Source of the DNA: Ectobacillus sp.
GTDB taxonomy: Bacteria; Bacillota; Bacilli; Bacillales; Bacillaceae_G
Length of the DNA stretch: 64,000 nucleotides
Assembly: GCA_048976805.1 (NCBI GenBank)
Contig: JBHGUR010000035.1
Location: 5,069-69,068, forward strand
Direction of reading: 5' to 3'
A program made the position numbers and the translations under genes. Each line of letters starts with the position of its first letter. Position 1 is the first letter of the stretch. The notes under the pieces were generated by a model. It had not been told where the DNA came from, ran no database searches, and saw only the letters and a program-made list of their open reading frames with translations. Positions 59,644-64,000 of this stretch are shown piece by piece.

Positions 59644-60255
59644 TTGAAACTTGGATATGCTCGTGTTTCGGCTAAGGATCAGAATCCAGAACGACAGCTA
59701 AAAAAATTTCGCGATCTAGGAATTGAAGAACGATATATTTTCATTGACAAGCAAAGTGGGAAAGATTTTAACCGACCGCAGTATCAGGGGATGCTTTTAA
59801 TTATTCGCGAAGGGGATTTACTATACCTTGATGCTCTGGACCGATTGGGTAGGGATTACGACGGTATCATTCGAGAATGGAAGTATATTACTCGGGATCT
59901 GAACGCAGATATTGTGGTCCTGGAAAATGAGACACTTTTTGATAGTAGGAAATTCCGAAGTATGGGTGATCTTGGAAAATTAATGGAGGACCAATTTTTA
60001 AGTCTACTTTCTTATGTGGCTGAGCAAGAGCGTAAAAAAAATAAGCAACGCCAGGCTGAAGGAATTGAAGTGGCAAAGAATAACGGCGTTAGATTCGGAC
60101 GACGTAAATATGAAATTAATGAGGACTTCATTCAAGTATATGATGAGTGGAAATCTGGATTAATCACTGCGACGGAAGGAATGAAGCGTCTTGATGTAAA
60201 GCCAAATACTTTTTATCGACGTGTAAAGGAGTATGAAAATCAAAGAAAGGCGTGA
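59644..60255 (+). CDS. tnpR: serine resolvase
   Basis: GYARVS, DKQSGKDFNRP, LDRLGR, C-terminal HTH; TTG start after GAAGGAG. Confidence 0.93.
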   Translation: MKLGYARVSAKDQNPERQLKKFRDLGIEERYIFIDKQSGKDFNRPQYQGMLLIIREGDLLYLDALDRLGRDYDGIIREWKYITRDLNADIVVLENETLFDSRKFRSMGDLGKLMEDQFLSLLSYVAEQERKKNKQRQAEGIEVAKNNGVRFGRRKYEINEDFIQVYDEWKSGLITATEGMKRLDVKPNTFYRRVKEYENQRKA

Positions 60256-63212
60256 AGATCTTGCGTGGAAAAGAACTTCTTACAATAGAGCAACGGCAAG
60301 AGTGGATGACCCCTCCTAATGGCGAATGGGAACTTGCTACTTACTACACCTTTTCGCAACATGATTTAGAAATAATTAATCGTCACCGACGAGACTACAA
60401 CCGGTTAGGCTTTGCCGTCCAATTAGCACTACTTCGTTATCCCGGATGGAGCTTAACCGATATATGGGAAGTTCCAGATTTCTTGCTTGATTTCTTAGCA
60501 AAACAGTTGGATATTGAGCCAAAAGTTTTTTCCCAATATGCTCGAAGAGAAAATACGCTATGGGACCATCTGAAAGAAATTCGTGAGAAATATGGATTTA
60601 CCACATTTACACCAAACGATTATCGAAGGTTGTTGAAGTATTTATTTAAACTTGCAATGGAAAATGGGAATACGATTCATTTGATTCGTGAGGCATTGGA
60701 CGAGCTACGTCGCTCAAAAATCATCCTTCCGGCAATTACAACAATTGAGAGGCTTGTATGGGAAGCACAGCATCGCGCAGAAGAGCGTATTTATAGCCTA
60801 ATCCACTCTGCACTAACAATTAACCAAAAAAAGAAACTGGACAAGCTTATCGAACCTATAGTTGGTACAGGAAAAACAAAACTTGGGTGGTTAAAGGAAA
60901 CAACAGGACAATTCTCTCCTGAAGCCTTTTTAAAAGTTATTGAACGGTTAGAATATATACGGAGTTTACAATTAAATATTGATACTAAAGAAATCCATCC
61001 CCATCGGCTCAGACAGCTCTCACGACTAGGTGCAAGATACGAGCCATATTCTTTTCGACGCTTCCATGAAACAAAACGATATACAGTATTAGTGGCGTAC
61101 CTTTTGGACCTTAGTCAAGATTTGGTAGATAGGGCATTTGAAATCCACGATAAACAAATCTTAACCTTGCAATCAAAAGGCCGGAAACAACAAGAGGAGC
61201 TTCAGAAACAAAACGGCAAAGCCGTGAATGAAAAAGTTGTCCATTATGCCGACTTAGGTGATGTCCTTATCAAAGCACGGGATGAGGGCCTTGATCCTTT
61301 TGTTATGCTAGAAACAGTAATGCCGTGGGACAAGTTTGTTGAATCTGTAGAGGAAGCGAAAAAACTATCGCGCCCTCTTAATTATGACTATTTAGATCTT
61401 TTAGAGAGTCGATTTAACTATCTTCGAAAATACACGCCTACCTTACTAAAAGCATTTGAGTTTCGTTCAACAAAGTCAGCTGAACCGTTGATAAAAGCCC
61501 TCGATACCATTAAAGAAATGAATGATACCGGTAAAAGAAAAGTACCTGAAGGTGCACCTTTAGATTTCGTATCTAATCGATGGCAAAAACATGTATTTGA
61601 TGATGATGGGACTATTCATCGACATTACTACGAGATGGCAGCTTTGACAGAATTACGAAATTATGTAAGATCGGGGGATGTTTCCATAGTTGGAAGTAGA
61701 CAGCATAAAGATTTCGACTCCTATCTGGTTTCACAAAATGAATGGAAATCTATACATACAACTGGCAGCAGATTAGCAGTAAATCTAAATGTGGAAGAAT
61801 ATCTTGAGGAGAGAACTACATCCCTACTACATCGATTACGTTGGATCAGCGAAAACATCGATGAACTTGAAGGTGTTAACTTTGAAAAAGGCAAATTACA
61901 TGTCCATCGGCTTGAAAAGGACGTTCCAGAAGAGGCAAAAAAATATAGTGCCACCCTCTATAGCATGCTGCCACGAATAAAGCTGACAGATTTACTTTTA
62001 GAGGTAGCAAGTTGGACAGGGTTTGATGAACAATTTATCTACGCATCCACCAATCGACCACCTAAAGGGGAAGAAAAAACAATTGCACTGGCAGCTCTTA
62101 TGGCAATGGGTACCAACATCGGATTAACCAAAATGGCTGATGCAACACCTGGTATCTCTTATCACCAAATGGCCAATGCATCTCAGTGGAGATTGCATGA
62201 GGATGCAATGAATAGAGCACAAGCTACTCTTGTAAACTTTCATCATCGTCGTTCATTAGTCTCCTATTGGGGGAATGGAAGCACATCCTCCTCTGATGGT
62301 ATGCGCGTGCAAGTAGGGGTTTCTTCCCTTAGTGCCGATCCTAATCCACATTATGGCTCAGGCAAAGGAGCGACTATTTATCGATTCGTTAGCGATCAAT
62401 ATTCATCTTTCTATTCAAAAGTAATTAATACAAACGCTCGCGATGCAGTTCATGTTATCGATGGCCTTTTGCATCATGAGTCAGATTTATCAATCGAGGA
62501 GCATTCTACAGATACAGCTGGCTATACAGATCAAATTTTTGGATTGACCCATCTATTAGGATTTAAGTTTGCTCCACGTCTACAGGATTTGTCAGATTCG
62601 AAGCTTTATGTAATTGGAAAACCTGGAGATTTTCCAGAATTCCAAAATTTACTACGTGGTCAAATTGATATGAAGGTCATACGTGAAAATTACGATGATG
62701 TTCTACGTTTAGCGCATTCTATTCAAGAAGGGAAAGTGTCAGGTGCACTTATTATGGGTAAGCTAGGCTCTTATGCTCGACAGAACAAGGTTGCTAAGGC
62801 ACTTAGGGAGATGGGTAGAATTGAAAAGACGATCTTTATCTTAGATTACATCTCAAGTGAATCAATCCGTCGGCGAATTCAACGAAGTTTAAATAAAGGA
62901 GAAGCAATGAATGCTTTGGCACGGGCTATTTTCTTCGGGAAACATGGAGAATTGAGAGAACGTGCTTTGCAGGATCAGTTGCAGCGTGCAAGTGCTTTAA
63001 ATATCCTAATAAATGCTATTAGTGTTTGGAATACGGTTTATCTAGGCGAGGCCACAGATTTACTCCGGAATAAAGGAGTGTTACGAGAAGATTTATTAAA
63101 ACATATTTCTCCATTAGGATGGGAGCATATCAACTTACTAGGTGAGTATCGCTTTGATCAAAAAGGGTCTACTACCTTAGAAACATTACGGCCGTTGAAC
63201 GACCAAGGATAA
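60252..63212 (+). CDS. tnpA: Tn3-family transposase
   Basis: RRDYNRLGFAVQL, SSSDG, HSTDTAGY, LNKGEAMNALARAIF, SPLGWEHINLLGEY motifs; 986 aa, uninterrupted. Confidence 0.97.
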   Translation: MKILRGKELLTIEQRQEWMTPPNGEWELATYYTFSQHDLEIINRHRRDYNRLGFAVQLALLRYPGWSLTDIWEVPDFLLDFLAKQLDIEPKVFSQYARRENTLWDHLKEIREKYGFTTFTPNDYRRLLKYLFKLAMENGNTIHLIREALDELRRSKIILPAITTIERLVWEAQHRAEERIYSLIHSALTINQKKKLDKLIEPIVGTGKTKLGWLKETTGQFSPEAFLKVIERLEYIRSLQLNIDTKEIHPHRLRQLSRLGARYEPYSFRRFHETKRYTVLVAYLLDLSQDLVDRAFEIHDKQILTLQSKGRKQQEELQKQNGKAVNEKVVHYADLGDVLIKARDEGLDPFVMLETVMPWDKFVESVEEAKKLSRPLNYDYLDLLESRFNYLRKYTPTLLKAFEFRSTKSAEPLIKALDTIKEMNDTGKRKVPEGAPLDFVSNRWQKHVFDDDGTIHRHYYEMAALTELRNYVRSGDVSIVGSRQHKDFDSYLVSQNEWKSIHTTGSRLAVNLNVEEYLEERTTSLLHRLRWISENIDELEGVNFEKGKLHVHRLEKDVPEEAKKYSATLYSMLPRIKLTDLLLEVASWTGFDEQFIYASTNRPPKGEEKTIALAALMAMGTNIGLTKMADATPGISYHQMANASQWRLHEDAMNRAQATLVNFHHRRSLVSYWGNGSTSSSDGMRVQVGVSSLSADPNPHYGSGKGATIYRFVSDQYSSFYSKVINTNARDAVHVIDGLLHHESDLSIEEHSTDTAGYTDQIFGLTHLLGFKFAPRLQDLSDSKLYVIGKPGDFPEFQNLLRGQIDMKVIRENYDDVLRLAHSIQEGKVSGALIMGKLGSYARQNKVAKALREMGRIEKTIFILDYISSESIRRRIQRSLNKGEAMNALARAIFFGKHGELRERALQDQLQRASALNILINAISVWNTVYLGEATDLLRNKGVLREDLLKHISPLGWEHINLLGEYRFDQKGSTTLETLRPLNDQG

Positions 63213-63460
63213 TAATGAGCACCGGTTACACCTTATCGTGGTGAAAACCGGTTATTTTTTTACTCAGATTTCCTTAGCGTTGTAAATTCGCGTTTTGCTG
63301 GTGGTACCCCTATATGAATTTATGTAAGAATCTGTTAAAAGGATTATCTCCGACAGTATCAGAATACATACCGAGAATAGGATTGTACTAGCAGCGTTCT
63401 GATTTTCCATATGTTGAATATATTAGAAAACAGAAGAGACTACTATAGGGAGGCTGTTTT

Positions 63461-63883
63461 ATGCAATATTATTACGGAAACCAAATGCCGTTGCGTGTTC
63501 TTGACGAGGCTGAGTTTTGGAAGCACCAAGAAGCGGAGCATACTGTGGTCATTCGGGAGCTTGTAAAAAACCTTGAGCAAACATATGTCCAAAATTTGCA
63601 GCAGTGGGAAAGAGACTTCACTGCTGCCCACCAACAGGTCGTAAGGTATATTGAAACGGTAACTCGTTCATATGATGTAACGCAAGCTCTATATCAAGAT
63701 ATTTTGAAGCTTGTTTCTTTTTGTTTGCAGCAAAGCCAGCGCTTTACCGAGTTTTGCCGGACGCTAATGGAACAAAGCGAACCAATCCGCACGAATCCTA
63801 CAGCTAAGGTTGTTGTAAAGCATATTATTGTAGAATCTGAATACTTTATTGGAGTTGCCCAAACTATCTTATATCAGCGTTAA
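63461..63883 (+). CDS. DUF2935 domain protein
   Basis: EAEFWKHQEAEH..IR and HIIVESEYF motifs. Confidence 0.8.
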   Translation: MQYYYGNQMPLRVLDEAEFWKHQEAEHTVVIRELVKNLEQTYVQNLQQWERDFTAAHQQVVRYIETVTRSYDVTQALYQDILKLVSFCLQQSQRFTEFCRTLMEQSEPIRTNPTAKVVVKHIIVESEYFIGVAQTILYQR

Positions 63884-63909
63884 TTCCCTTCAAAAAACTC
63901 TCCTATATA

Positions 63910-64000
63910 ATCGAGTAGGAGAGGGTGACTAACCCTCGACCTCTCACACCACCGTACGTACCGTTCGGTATACGGCGGTTCAACTAAGTATGACGCAATT
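63910..64000 (-). mobile_element. group II intron class IIC, 3' end (domains V-VI); remainder lies outside the window
   Basis: Minus strand reads GAACCGCCGTATACCGAACGGTACGTACGGTGGTGTGAGAGG..CCTACTCGAT; CGC triad and short D5. Confidence 0.9.

Larger units (their letters stand above)
56711..63310. mobile_element. complete Tn3-family transposon, 6600 bp
   Basis: 38-bp IRs (56711-56748 and 63273-63310, 2 mismatches) starting GGGG; 5-bp TATAT duplication on both flanks; resolvase + TnpA. Confidence 0.96.

Noticed and set aside
1-64000. CRISPR array or rRNA
   Set aside because: No regularly spaced repeat-spacer series and no rRNA-like sequence seen; the Cas4-like gene has no cas neighbours.

Overview
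Chromosomal window from a spore-forming Bacillaceae. The assignment rests on sleB-ypeB, a YlaJ/YhcN lipoprotein, T-box leaders and Bacillaceae-1-like repeats. The core backbone carries the fabF 3' end, a YebC regulator, a xanthine-dehydrogenase-like operon, exoA, recQ, the DAHP synthase/chorismate mutase gene under tandem Tyr T-boxes, a two-gene 2-oxoacid:ferredoxin oxidoreductase and a PAS kinase. Accessory and decaying DNA is interspersed. (i) A two-component system plus MacAB-like exporter share a TCACA-N6-TCACA box. (ii) An intact XRE / ImmA(IrrE) peptidase / PIN triad lies divergent from what looks like a deleted CBASS operon (CD-NTase-like tail joined to a broken patatin). (iii) A complete 6.6-kb Tn3-family transposon (38-bp IRs, TATAT target duplication) carries a clavaminate-synthase-like Fe(II)/2OG oxygenase and an MFS transporter. 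(iv) The 3' end of a class IIC group II intron sits at the right edge. The most unusual non-coding signals are a near-perfect tRNA cloverleaf with a 26-nt anticodon arm (53137-53219) and two diverged copies of an unassigned ~135-165 nt structured element (12079-12241, 37902-38034). No CRISPR array or rRNA was seen. All family assignments are by motif recognition from memory; no database searches were run.
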